From Candidatus Heimdallarchaeota archaeon (lineage in GTDB: Archaea; Asgardarchaeota; Heimdallarchaeia; JABLTI01), in NCBI GenBank assembly GCA_019058275.1, contig JAHLVW010000083.1, positions 1 to 64,000 of the forward strand: 64,000 nucleotides of DNA, read 5' to 3'. Both the position numbers and the translations under genes were made by a program. This document shows positions 19,975 to 29,369 of the stretch, one piece after another; the first letter of the stretch is position 1, and each line of letters begins with the position of its first letter. The notes beneath the pieces were generated by a model, which did no database searches, had not been told where the DNA came from, and worked only from the letters and a program-made list of their open reading frames with translations.

Positions 19975-21204
19975 GTGAATTCAACTGACAGTACTTCTTA
20001 TGATGTTATGGTTGTAGGTAGTGGACCAGCAGGTTCTACAACAGCTAAATTCTTGGCACGAGAAGGTTTCAAAGTAAAAATACTCGAAGCAAAAAGTCAT
20101 GTTGGTTTACCAGTCAGATGCGGTGAAGCTATTGGTAAGGAAACAATTAATGATATTTTAAAAATTGGTGTTCCTAAATTTGCTATGAGATCTGAAATAA
20201 CTGGTTTTCGAGTTTATAGTCCTTCACTTAAAGTTATTGATTATAAATTACCTTCTGGCGAGGGTTACGTTCTTGATCGAAGAGTGTTTGACAAAGAACT
20301 ACTCGTTGGTGCAATTGTCGAAGGGGCAGACATCGAATTAAACACACAAGTTACCAACATTAAAATCAATAAAAAAACTGGTGTAACAATAAAAGCCAAT
20401 CAAAGAGGTAAGGAAATTACTGAAACAGCACCTGTTGTTGTTGGTGCTGATGGTATTTATAGTCAAGTTGCTCGAGATGCTGGTCTTGCGGAACCCATTG
20501 AACCCATTGATTTGGATACTTCAATTGGTTATGAAATGGTTGGTGTAGATATTACTGAACCAACAATGCTAGATTTGTACATGGGGAATGAAGTTGCTCC
20601 TAGAGGTTATGTTTGGATATTTCCTAAAGGAGAACACTGTGCAAATGTTGGCATAGGTGTTGGTGTTGGTTTTGCAAAGAAAGGTGTCAAAGAATATCTT
20701 GATGATTTCATTTTTAATAATCCTGAAGGTAAGAGACGATTCAAAAAAGCAAAAATTATTGAGGAGAGAATTGGAGCAATCCCTGTTGGCGGTTCACTTG
20801 AGAAATTAGCTACTGACAGAGTTTTACTTGTTGGTGATGCTGCAAGACAAGTTAACCCCTTAACTGGAGGAGGTATTGCTTATGGTATGGAAGCTGGGAA
20901 AATGATTAGTGATACTCTAGTTGAAGCATTTGAAAAGAGTGACTTGTCAGAGAGTTTCTTAAGGAAAAAATATGAGAAACTTTGGGATAATGCTTATGGA
21001 AAATCATTTAGCATGGGTTCTAAGGCAAGAAAGATATTAGATATACTAACAGATGAGCAAATGGAAAATATTATTGAAACTTTCGATGGAGAAGATTTAA
21101 CAAAAGCTGTTAGAGGACGCTGGAATCAAATAAAACTTGGTGCAAAATTAATGAAGAAAGATCCAACATTACTAAAACTACTTCGAGAGGTATTGGGCAA
21201 CTAA
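19975..21204 (+). CDS. Digeranylgeranylglycerophospholipid reductase / geranylgeranyl reductase family
   Basis: GSGPAG, CGEA, GADG, YVWIFP, VGDAA and PLTGGG motifs. Confidence 0.85.
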   Translation: MNSTDSTSYDVMVVGSGPAGSTTAKFLAREGFKVKILEAKSHVGLPVRCGEAIGKETINDILKIGVPKFAMRSEITGFRVYSPSLKVIDYKLPSGEGYVLDRRVFDKELLVGAIVEGADIELNTQVTNIKINKKTGVTIKANQRGKEITETAPVVVGADGIYSQVARDAGLAEPIEPIDLDTSIGYEMVGVDITEPTMLDLYMGNEVAPRGYVWIFPKGEHCANVGIGVGVGFAKKGVKEYLDDFIFNNPEGKRRFKKAKIIEERIGAIPVGGSLEKLATDRVLLVGDAARQVNPLTGGGIAYGMEAGKMISDTLVEAFEKSDLSESFLRKKYEKLWDNAYGKSFSMGSKARKILDILTDEQMENIIETFDGEDLTKAVRGRWNQIKLGAKLMKKDPTLLKLLREVLGN

Positions 21205-21223
21205 AGTTGTTTGTAAAAAAAAG

Positions 21224-22351
21224 TTGATTTGTATGAAAATTAGTTACTTACCAAAGAATATCATTGCTGTAAAAAGACAACTCGAAGGACAAGAAAAGTA
21301 TGAATTTGATTTTTTGCTAAGAGCTGTTAGAATAATCAATACTTTGGATGAACCTGTTCAGCTTGTTAAGTATATTTTTGAGTTGAAAACAGAAGGAAAA
21401 TTAATGAAGAAGATTGTTTATTCCGGAGATGTAATTAAAGTAAAAGCTGAAGACCTTCAAGAAATAGTTGAGAGATTAGCATTAAAACAAGATGATGAAA
21501 TCCGTGAAACTGCACGACAACACAATGCATTATTATTTTTGGGTGAAAACAACTTCTGGATACACGAAAATTTTGCATTAAATTCACTTGAGCCAGGACA
21601 AGAGACTGGTTTTCGATTAGAGCATTTTAGAACACTTGTGGAAAAACCACTTGATGAAATGATTTTCACAGTTGTTTACAAACAAAAAGAGGAAGCTAAA
21701 AGAGTGTCTATTAAAATCCCAATAATAGAGTACAAAAACAAAAAGGAATATATCTTCCCATTGAAAGGTTCATGGCTTGTTTTTGGTAATTGGGATGATA
21801 CTTATAATCATCGAACAATGCATTCGCAAGAATTTGCTATGGATCTTGTACAATTAAATGATAATCTGCAGTTTGAGCAATCACATGAAAAATCAAATCA
21901 AGAATACAAATGCTACAATGAAGAAATTATAGCAATTGCTGATGGTAAGGTTGCAGATTGTTTCGATGGAATTCCGGAAAATCCTAGTGCGATTAAAATG
22001 ATTAGTAACGAAGAAGAAAGGGAAATTATTGAGAAATCCGGATTTGTTCCAATAATCTCTGGAAATTACGCCATTATTAAACATGCTACAAATGAATATT
22101 CATTCTATGCTCATATTAAACATGGTTCCCTGAAGGTAAAAAAAGTTGACATTGTAAAACAAGGACAAATAATAGGGAAGCTTGGGAATTCAGGCAACTC
22201 AACAGGTCCACATCTACATTTTCATCTTATGAATAAACCTAGTGTTTTAACTGGACAAGGTTTACCTATTCACTTCACCAATCTCAAAAGCTTTACTGGT
22301 GAGAAAATAAGTTTTATTGAGAACACATTATCAATTGTTCATACAGAATAA
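21224..22351 (+). CDS. M23 family metallopeptidase
   Basis: H...QEFAMD, GNY, YAH, GNSGNSTGPHLHF. Confidence 0.8.
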   Translation: MICMKISYLPKNIIAVKRQLEGQEKYEFDFLLRAVRIINTLDEPVQLVKYIFELKTEGKLMKKIVYSGDVIKVKAEDLQEIVERLALKQDDEIRETARQHNALLFLGENNFWIHENFALNSLEPGQETGFRLEHFRTLVEKPLDEMIFTVVYKQKEEAKRVSIKIPIIEYKNKKEYIFPLKGSWLVFGNWDDTYNHRTMHSQEFAMDLVQLNDNLQFEQSHEKSNQEYKCYNEEIIAIADGKVADCFDGIPENPSAIKMISNEEEREIIEKSGFVPIISGNYAIIKHATNEYSFYAHIKHGSLKVKKVDIVKQGQIIGKLGNSGNSTGPHLHFHLMNKPSVLTGQGLPIHFTNLKSFTGEKISFIENTLSIVHTE

Positions 22352-22360
22352 ATAAAGAAA

Positions 22361-22384
22361 CCCTACAAATGTAGGGATTTTTTT
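22361..22384 (+). terminator. Hairpin plus U-tract terminator between convergent genes
   Basis: CCCTACA-AA-TGTAGGG followed by A and T7. Confidence 0.6.
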
Positions 22385-22392
22385 CTGTTTAA

Positions 22393-22803
22393 TTACAGAA
22401 ATTGCTTCAAATTATCATCATAATCAAGATCAGATTTTTTAGTGCTTCTTAATCGCTCCTTGAACTTCTTGAATTGTTTAGCTGAAGAAGTTTTTGGATC
22501 TCTAGAGTCTTTCATGTAATAATCGACAATTTTCTTAATCAAAGATTGTCTTTGCGGATTTAATCGATAAAAACGACCTGAATCATTATCATAGACTTCT
22601 AATAGCTCAGTATCAGCATCTTGTAGCATTTTAATGATCATACATATGCCAACTAAACCAATTGTAGGTCTCTGATCTTTGGCTATAGATTCAACTTCAA
22701 ACCTAGTATGCCATTTGCCATCTGATAGAAGGTTCAAGACAGCAATTTTTGCAGGATCATTTGATACGAGATTGTAGATACGATTTGCGATAATTGAATT
22801 CAT
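22393..22803 (-). CDS. Winged-helix protein
   Basis: VLNLLSDGKWHTRFEV...GRFYRL wHTH pattern. ATGA overlap with the upstream sepF-like gene. Confidence 0.6.
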   Translation of the reverse strand: MNSIIANRIYNLVSNDPAKIAVLNLLSDGKWHTRFEVESIAKDQRPTIGLVGICMIIKMLQDADTELLEVYDNDSGRFYRLNPQRQSLIKKIVDYYMKDSRDPKTSSAKQFKKFKERLRSTKKSDLDYDDNLKQFL

Positions 22804-23228
22804 ACACTACCTACCTCTGTTGGAAGGTTAGGAGGGGTGATATCATCATCCATACTACTTTCTTCTAACAAACGTTTTATGAATGAAAGCTTCATGCTAG
22901 GTGGAACAACTACAACAAATTCCTTGCCTAAAGCTACAATATCCCCACCATAGGTTCTTACGTGTGATTTCAATTGTTGAATTGAGCGTTTCAATCGGAT
23001 CATATCCAATCTAGCTAAATCCTTAACACCAAGAATAACTACATTACCTTTAGTAATAGTCTCACAGACCATATCAATATCTTGTAACCCACGTAATGTT
23101 AATGTAATAACTTCTCTTTTATCTTCTTCATATCTAAATTGATCTCTGGATCTTTTTCTGAATAGGAAAACAGAAGTTCCTATCACAGTTCCTAAACCAA
23201 TTAAACTTAATACTGTCAACAGTGCCAA
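22800..23228 (-). CDS. sepF: SepF-like cell division protein with an N-terminal TM anchor
   Basis: L.GLQD...V...I..GNVVIL...L......LKR.I..LK......GGDI..LG...VVVVP SepF core. TTG start at 23228 follows a GGAGG SD. Confidence 0.75.
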   Translation of the reverse strand: MALLTVLSLIGLGTVIGTSVFLFRKRSRDQFRYEEDKREVITLTLRGLQDIDMVCETITKGNVVILGVKDLARLDMIRLKRSIQQLKSHVRTYGGDIVALGKEFVVVVPPSMKLSFIKRLLEESSMDDDITPPNLPTEVGSV

Positions 23229-23338
23229 TGTCAAATCCTCCAACAATGTCAACTTAATATTAACAGAAACTTGCATTAAAAGGCAAAGAATATCAGTATA
23301 TTACAAGGAAAATACATTGAAGAAAACAAGATTTCATT

Positions 23339-23512
23339 TTAGTCAATTAGTGAAATGGCCTTTATTGGACAGCATTCAATGCATAAAGCGCAATCTGTAC
23401 AACCATCACTGATGACTAATGAATCATTTTCTATAGCATACAATCTTTCTGGACAAATTGCTGCACATCCTAGACATAGTCCGCACAAGTCATCATCGAT
23501 TTCTACAGGCAT
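23339..23512 (-). CDS. 2x[4Fe-4S] ferredoxin, 57 aa (absent from the ORF track)
   Basis: MPVEIDDDLCGLCLGCAAICPERLYAIENDSLVISDGCTDCALCIECCPIKAISLID, with two CxxCxxCxxxCP motifs. Confidence 0.9.
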   Translation of the reverse strand: MPVEIDDDLCGLCLGCAAICPERLYAIENDSLVISDGCTDCALCIECCPIKAISLID

Positions 23513-23643
23513 TTCTTAGCACCAGAAGTAAAAGTATAGAGAGAGATAATAAATCATTCGAAAAAGTAGCTAATCCTCTTAATGAAATTTCACAGTTAAC
23601 TTATTATAGATTGTTTTCCATTTCCTTGTTGAGGATTATTAAT

Positions 23644-24933
23644 TTGAGTGTTCCTGATTGGGTTGTGACTAAACGAATAAGAGAGGTTTCTATACCACAA
23701 GAGCATTTTCAAATTGATATGGATGTATGGCCAAGAATTGCTCGAGAAAGAGCCAATAAGTTAATTCAAGGTCAACGTTGGTTCCCAGCTAGTGGTGCAT
23801 TAAGAGCAAATTATGAAAGAGAAATTTATGAAGAATATGCTGGACATGGTTTGTTACGTTTTGCAGCTGCAGAAAACTCGAGAGTATTTGGTTGGCTCAT
23901 TGAACAAGAAGGGGATTTATTTGAGTGGCGCTTTAAGAATGCGAAAACACTTCAGGAAAAAATTGCTATAGCCAAATACTTCTTTGGAGATAGCAAAGTT
24001 ATCGAACCAAAAGAAGTTTGGACGAAGTTTGATATTAATCATAGCTATTTCAAGGATTTTAGAAGGAAGAACAAACGCATCGAAGCAATTGGTATTTATT
24101 TCGCTTGCATTCCAAAAATTGTTAGTTTTCGGTCTCTTTTAATAAGAGATGGTTGGATAATAGGAACTATTGGTGATTTTGCTGGTGGGGTCAAAATCGC
24201 TTTTGAAAGGTTATTACGCGATAGAATTAAAGAAGCAGGAGAAAGTATGGATCGAACTGTTAAAGGTGCTGTAAGAGAACTTCAAGAAGAATTAGGTAAA
24301 CAAATCCATGCAGTTTCCTATGCTTTGGGTAAAGTCAACATCGAAGATTATGACTTGTTTAATCGTCAAGATATATTCCCACAATGTATGTTGGATTTAT
24401 ATAATGAAGTTATGAAGAAAGGGCATTTGGGTCATCAAGAAAGATTCCAATTAGGTTTATTTTTGAAACGATTAGGCATGTCTATTGATGAACAGCTTAG
24501 ATTTTGGTATGAAAGAGCTGTTGATAATGTTGGTATAACTTTTGAGCAGTTTGCTAGTAGCACTCCAGGTTACATTATTAGGCACATGTATGGATTAGAA
24601 GGTGGAGAAACTGACTACGATGCTCCATCTTGCAGCAGAATTCAAGGAGAGTACTATTGCACCTTTTTACATCAATCAGTAGATGAAATTGACAAGAGTA
24701 TAAGAAGAGAATTCAAAAATCCTTCTCGAAAATTAGAAGAGACTATTAGATTACTTGAAAGCAAAGTAATTGATAAGAAACCAAGTGAAGCATGTGCAAT
24801 AATGTTTAATTTGCGATACCGCAGAGGTGCAAAACCCATTAGACATCCAATAGGTTATTCTACATACGTTGCGAGAACTAAAGGTATTATTAGAAAGGAT
24901 GAAGACCCACGACAGACAAGTAAAAAGAAGTAG
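23644..24933 (+). CDS. priL: DNA primase large subunit, eukaryote-like Fe-S domain
   Basis: FPQCM...HLGHQERFQLGLFLK.LG...YIIRHMYGLEG..TDY..PSC.....C. Start moved to TTG at 23644 (GAGGA SD) because the longer ORF overlaps the ferredoxin. Confidence 0.9.
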   Translation: MSVPDWVVTKRIREVSIPQEHFQIDMDVWPRIARERANKLIQGQRWFPASGALRANYEREIYEEYAGHGLLRFAAAENSRVFGWLIEQEGDLFEWRFKNAKTLQEKIAIAKYFFGDSKVIEPKEVWTKFDINHSYFKDFRRKNKRIEAIGIYFACIPKIVSFRSLLIRDGWIIGTIGDFAGGVKIAFERLLRDRIKEAGESMDRTVKGAVRELQEELGKQIHAVSYALGKVNIEDYDLFNRQDIFPQCMLDLYNEVMKKGHLGHQERFQLGLFLKRLGMSIDEQLRFWYERAVDNVGITFEQFASSTPGYIIRHMYGLEGGETDYDAPSCSRIQGEYYCTFLHQSVDEIDKSIRREFKNPSRKLEETIRLLESKVIDKKPSEACAIMFNLRYRRGAKPIRHPIGYSTYVARTKGIIRKDEDPRQTSKKK

Positions 24934-24954
24934 ATTACATGGAGAAAGATAAAT

Positions 24955-25980
24955 TTGGCAAAGAATAACAATTCCAAAAACACGGAAAACAATAAACTAC
25001 CTATTGAAACTAAATTAGTACAACAATATTACAAGGAGGTCTTTGATCCTGGCGATTTAATTTCAATAATTGGATTATCAACTTTCTATCGTAGAGAGTT
25101 TGCTTTTTTGCTTGAAAATGATGTTTTCGTCAGAAATATTTCATTTAAATCAACTAGTGGTTTGGTTAATTATCTTGTTAGAAACCCAATAAAAAGAGCA
25201 TATATTGGAGCAGTTTATGATGTTCCTCCAACAAAGAATAATACCATTCAAAAAATCAAATGGAAATCCCGGGAATTTTGTTTTGATTTAGATCTAAATG
25301 ATTATGATTTGGTAAGAATATGCGGATGTCAAGGCAAGGAGCAGTATTGTAAAGTTTGCTGGTCCCTTGTACAAGATGCAGCTACTTTTTTGGATAGAAC
25401 ATTAAGAGATGATTTTGGTTTCAGAGATATCATATGGGTTTTTTCTGGTAGGAGAGGTTTTCATGGATGGGTAAGAGATAAAGAAGCAGGAATTCTCACT
25501 CAAGAACAGAGAAATAGTATGATACAATATTTGACATTAATTAAGGATGAAAAGCGCACACAAGCTGTAGAAAAAGACTTAAAACATGTTTTACCACTCA
25601 GAGATCGAATCATTGAGATGGTTGCAAAAACATTTTTCCAAAAAGCAACTGTAAAGGAGCTTAGAGCTGAACCATTTAAATTTACCAAAAAGCAAATTGA
25701 ACGGCTTCAATATAATCTGAAAAATAGTACCAGACCTTTTCATTATACGTATGATTCTATATTAGAGAATAAACAAGATCGTGATGCAATATTCACGCAT
25801 ATTATTACATATAGATACCCAAGAATTGATCGTAAAGTATCCATAGATATTCGTCGAATTTTGAAAATACCAGGAAGTATACAAGATACTAATGGTAGGA
25901 TTTGTTGCAAAGTAGATATTAAAAAAATCCACAAATTCTATCCAGAAAATGCTCCTACAATTTGGGATTTATTATCTTGA
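24955..25980 (+). CDS. priS: DNA primase small (catalytic) subunit, eukaryote-like
   Basis: REFAF, IGAVY, FDLDLNDYD (DxD), Zn site C.C..C..CW, FSGRRGFH, YPRID and R.LKIPGS. Confidence 0.92.
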   Translation: MAKNNNSKNTENNKLPIETKLVQQYYKEVFDPGDLISIIGLSTFYRREFAFLLENDVFVRNISFKSTSGLVNYLVRNPIKRAYIGAVYDVPPTKNNTIQKIKWKSREFCFDLDLNDYDLVRICGCQGKEQYCKVCWSLVQDAATFLDRTLRDDFGFRDIIWVFSGRRGFHGWVRDKEAGILTQEQRNSMIQYLTLIKDEKRTQAVEKDLKHVLPLRDRIIEMVAKTFFQKATVKELRAEPFKFTKKQIERLQYNLKNSTRPFHYTYDSILENKQDRDAIFTHIITYRYPRIDRKVSIDIRRILKIPGSIQDTNGRICCKVDIKKIHKFYPENAPTIWDLLS

Positions 25981-25989
25981 GTTTAATCT

Positions 25990-27927
25990 CTAATTACCAT
26001 AAAAGTTCCTAGTAATTTCTGTTACTCTACCAGTTTCATATTCTAATGGATGAGTGTTTTGCTTTAACCATAAAGGCAAGAATTTTAATGTGTAATTGTG
26101 ACCAAATCTATAATCCAAGAAGATAATTAAGCCCCGATCATTGATTGAACGAACAGGTCGACCAGCAGCTTGACAAGCTCTTCTAATAGCGGGAATTATG
26201 TAACCATACTCTCTTCCCTTTTTGTAAAACTGATCGTCTAAATAAGCAATTTGGGATTCAATTCTTGTTGTTGGCCTAGCATAAGGGATACCTACTATAA
26301 TACAGGTGTTCATTTGCTCACCAGGAAAATCAGCTCCTTCTGAACTTCTTCCTCCAAGTACGCCTAGCAGTGTAGCACCACCCTTAGATGATAACCTCTT
26401 GAATTCATTAACTAGCCGATCATTAGCTGATGCAGTCATTTTTCTTGTTTCATAGAATAACGGTTTTTCCAGCAATCTTTCCAAACCAGCATCTAGTAAG
26501 CTATTCATAACAACATATGAAGCTGCAAAAATACCTGTATTTGCTGGAGTGTTGTTCGCAGCTTCGGCTATAACTTCACACATTTTTCTATAGTTTTCAG
26601 GTGTTCGATCACTAAGTTTTGTGCTCAGTTTATTGACAATGTATCCTTGTACATTGCTTTCGGTATAAGGTGAATCTAATACTTCTTTGACTAATGGTAA
26701 ACTATCCATACCAACAATTTTCGAATAAGCATCTATGGGGTCTATTGTTCCAGAAATATGCACACTCTTGTATACATATTCAAACACTCTCTTTGTTGTG
26801 AACCTTGCATCTAATGAAACAACCTCATATTTTACACCCCGACCTTCACCTCTAGTCTGGTAATTTGTTAATAAATGCAAGAATTCTGAACGGTTTTTTG
26901 TGACAATTAATTTACGTAAGAATTGCCCGATACGATGAATATAGGATCGGGGGGGTTTATTTCGGGCTAAGTATTCTCTCTGTATTTTCATTCCTGCACT
27001 AATAAACTTGTCAGCATAATCAAGATCAATTGTCATATCTACTTCTCGAGACATTTTCATAAGAAGATCTTTAGCATCTATTTTTATCTCGATATCCATT
27101 CTTTGCTTATTCTCTTCTAAATGCTCTGCTAGAAACCTAACTAATCGCAAAAATTCGTGCTTACTAAAAGCTTTCACTTCTTTCAAAGCTTGCCTTACAG
27201 AATAGAGACTTAATTGATCACTTGAGATATTAATGGATGTATCAATTATATTATGACATTCATCAACAATTAGCAAGATTTCATCCATTGCTCTAGAGAC
27301 TTTATTCATAAAAACTTCACGAATAGATGGATTGAAAATGTACTGATAGCTTGCTGCGATAACATCAACATCTTCAATTAATTTCAAAATCAATTCATAA
27401 GGGCAGATTCTACTTTCCTCACATAAATCATTAATCTCTGTACTTGAGGAAGGAATTGTTTTGAGCACTTTCAGCACATTTTTCATGTGAGGGAGAGTCT
27501 CAGACATGCGATTATGATATTCACACTTTCTTAATTTTTTTAATTGTCCACAAAGAACAGATGCTGTTGCTGCATCATCAGCATGCTTTTGAACTAAAGG
27601 GTGTGGACACATCTCCCTTCTTCCTCGTAAAGAAACTCCACTGATAGGTGTTGTTTTTGCAATTTCCTTTAATTCAGCAATCACCCGATCTGCTTGTTTG
27701 TTAGTTCTACAAACATGAATAATCTGCAATTCCTTTTCACGTGCAATAGGAATACATGAAGTCAATGTGGCTACTGTTTTTCCTAAACCATTAGCTCCTT
27801 CAATAATGACATTTTTACCGGATTTCAATGAAGAATAAGTAGTATAGATTAGCTTATCTTGGATAGGTCTTATTCTTTCATATGGAAAAATTTCAGTAAT
27901 TTCTTTAGGGATTTTTATAGAAGTCAT
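25990..27927 (-). CDS. xpd: XPD/Rad3-family Fe-S 5'-3' DNA helicase
   Basis: FPY..R..Q, GLGKT, four Fe-S Cys, DECHN, SGT, SEG.DF and QAAGR..R...D.G motifs. Confidence 0.85.
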   Translation of the reverse strand: MTSIKIPKEITEIFPYERIRPIQDKLIYTTYSSLKSGKNVIIEGANGLGKTVATLTSCIPIAREKELQIIHVCRTNKQADRVIAELKEIAKTTPISGVSLRGRREMCPHPLVQKHADDAATASVLCGQLKKLRKCEYHNRMSETLPHMKNVLKVLKTIPSSSTEINDLCEESRICPYELILKLIEDVDVIAASYQYIFNPSIREVFMNKVSRAMDEILLIVDECHNIIDTSINISSDQLSLYSVRQALKEVKAFSKHEFLRLVRFLAEHLEENKQRMDIEIKIDAKDLLMKMSREVDMTIDLDYADKFISAGMKIQREYLARNKPPRSYIHRIGQFLRKLIVTKNRSEFLHLLTNYQTRGEGRGVKYEVVSLDARFTTKRVFEYVYKSVHISGTIDPIDAYSKIVGMDSLPLVKEVLDSPYTESNVQGYIVNKLSTKLSDRTPENYRKMCEVIAEAANNTPANTGIFAASYVVMNSLLDAGLERLLEKPLFYETRKMTASANDRLVNEFKRLSSKGGATLLGVLGGRSSEGADFPGEQMNTCIIVGIPYARPTTRIESQIAYLDDQFYKKGREYGYIIPAIRRACQAAGRPVRSINDRGLIIFLDYRFGHNYTLKFLPLWLKQNTHPLEYETGRVTEITRNFYGN

Positions 27928-28049
27928 TCTATCTTATTCCAATTACATGTGTTTTTTTGTAGGTTTCTGTTCAACTCTACTAATTTTAATCTTTGTATTA
28001 TCTTTAGGAAACTAATAAATGATACATTAAGAACTTAGAGTTTAGGATT

Positions 28050-28583
28050 TTAAAACCAATTCAAAATCGATGGTTCTTGGTAAAGCGGGAAACCAAAATC
28101 CTCGAAAACCTTAGAAAGGTAATCAAATCTTGAAACGTAGAGTAAAATATTTCCTGCAATTTGTTCTCTGAAAGGTATTCCCTGTATGTGTTTATTTTTA
28201 GCAAAGAAATGTTGAGAGACTTTGCGATAAGTGAAATGAGCATCCTTTGTTAGGACTAGAATACCAAGAAATTTATCACGAATCTTTTTGGAGCTTTTAT
28301 GCCATTTGTCAGAAGATTCTTTTCTCAATGCTTCTTCCATGGCATACTCAATCAAATAATCAATTATTTGCTTACAAAAATCAGATTCTTTTTTTCGAGT
28401 CACATTTTGCCAGTTTTTTACTTCTACAATAACATGCAAGACTTCATTTCCGATTTTTCTTTGGGCTAAAATATCCATTCTCTTTCCACTTTTTAGAGAA
28501 ACTTCTTCCTTTGTTCCAAAGTAGTGTTTCTCTAGAAATTCTGCTACTGATTTTTGTGCAATTTTCCAATCATCTGTTTTCAA
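28050..28583 (-). CDS. PD-(D/E)XK endonuclease-like protein with a PIP-box-like C-terminus
   Basis: EEV...GKRMDILA...IVEVK; ends QEPSILNWF. Confidence 0.65.
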   Translation of the reverse strand: MKTDDWKIAQKSVAEFLEKHYFGTKEEVSLKSGKRMDILAQRKIGNEVLHVIVEVKNWQNVTRKKESDFCKQIIDYLIEYAMEEALRKESSDKWHKSSKKIRDKFLGILVLTKDAHFTYRKVSQHFFAKNKHIQGIPFREQIAGNILLYVSRFDYLSKVFEDFGFPLYQEPSILNWF

Positions 28584-28650
28584 TGTCTACACCTCTGTAA
28601 ATCTAAGGAAATTGCTAATACAATCTGTTTATACAAAATGATTAGTGAAT

Positions 28651-29292
28651 CTATTTTGCAGATATTTTTTCAAGAATTTTAGTGATGTTTCCATCTATTT
28701 TCTCAATGTACTTTAAAGCATCATCTAATTCTGTAGATCTATATACTGCCATTACAGCTAGTCTTCTTTGTGGATCTTTAGGTAGAGGTTGAATTGTTAT
28801 TTGGATAAACTCCTCAGGAAATTTCCCAGAACCAGATGCTAAAGTAATTCCATGTGGGTATAATTCTTTACCACTAAAACTCAAGTTTGAAACATCTGAA
28901 ATATATAATTTGTTTATGAATTCTTTAACTGGTACTGGTGAAAAAACTTCGATTTTTGCGTTTATATCCATTAGCACTGTTGCTGTCATTGCTTCGTCAC
29001 CTAGAACTTTCTCGTAAAAGTCATAAGCATCTCTAAAAAGTGGTAAAACGTTTTCACTAGGTTGTGCATCTATAACGAACCCTTTGCTAGAGAAAACGAT
29101 TAGTGATTGTGGATTTGTTTTAGGACGGAAAAGATATTCCTTTAATGGTCCTTTTGGTGTTGGAATTTGCCTTGTCTGCTTTGTATAGTCTCTTCTGGCA
29201 GCAATATCTGCAACTGCTTCAGCATCAACATCTGGACCAACATGAATTAAATGTTTAAACACAACGTGAGATCGTTCTACTCTGAATGACAT
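28651..29292 (-). CDS. Hypothetical protein
   Basis: 213-aa ORF with an AGGAG SD; no motif recognised. Confidence 0.6.
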   Translation of the reverse strand: MSFRVERSHVVFKHLIHVGPDVDAEAVADIAARRDYTKQTRQIPTPKGPLKEYLFRPKTNPQSLIVFSSKGFVIDAQPSENVLPLFRDAYDFYEKVLGDEAMTATVLMDINAKIEVFSPVPVKEFINKLYISDVSNLSFSGKELYPHGITLASGSGKFPEEFIQITIQPLPKDPQRRLAVMAVYRSTELDDALKYIEKIDGNITKILEKISAK

Positions 29293-29369
29293 TTTTATTC
29301 TGCTCCTAAGCTACACTTAGTTCTACATCTCTATTTTGTTATTATAGAAATAAAATTTGCTATAAATAA

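Noticed and set aside
23458-23643. N-terminal 62 codons of the ORF-track PriL
   Set aside because: Overlaps the opposite-strand ferredoxin and its promoter region. A better SD-linked TTG exists at 23644.
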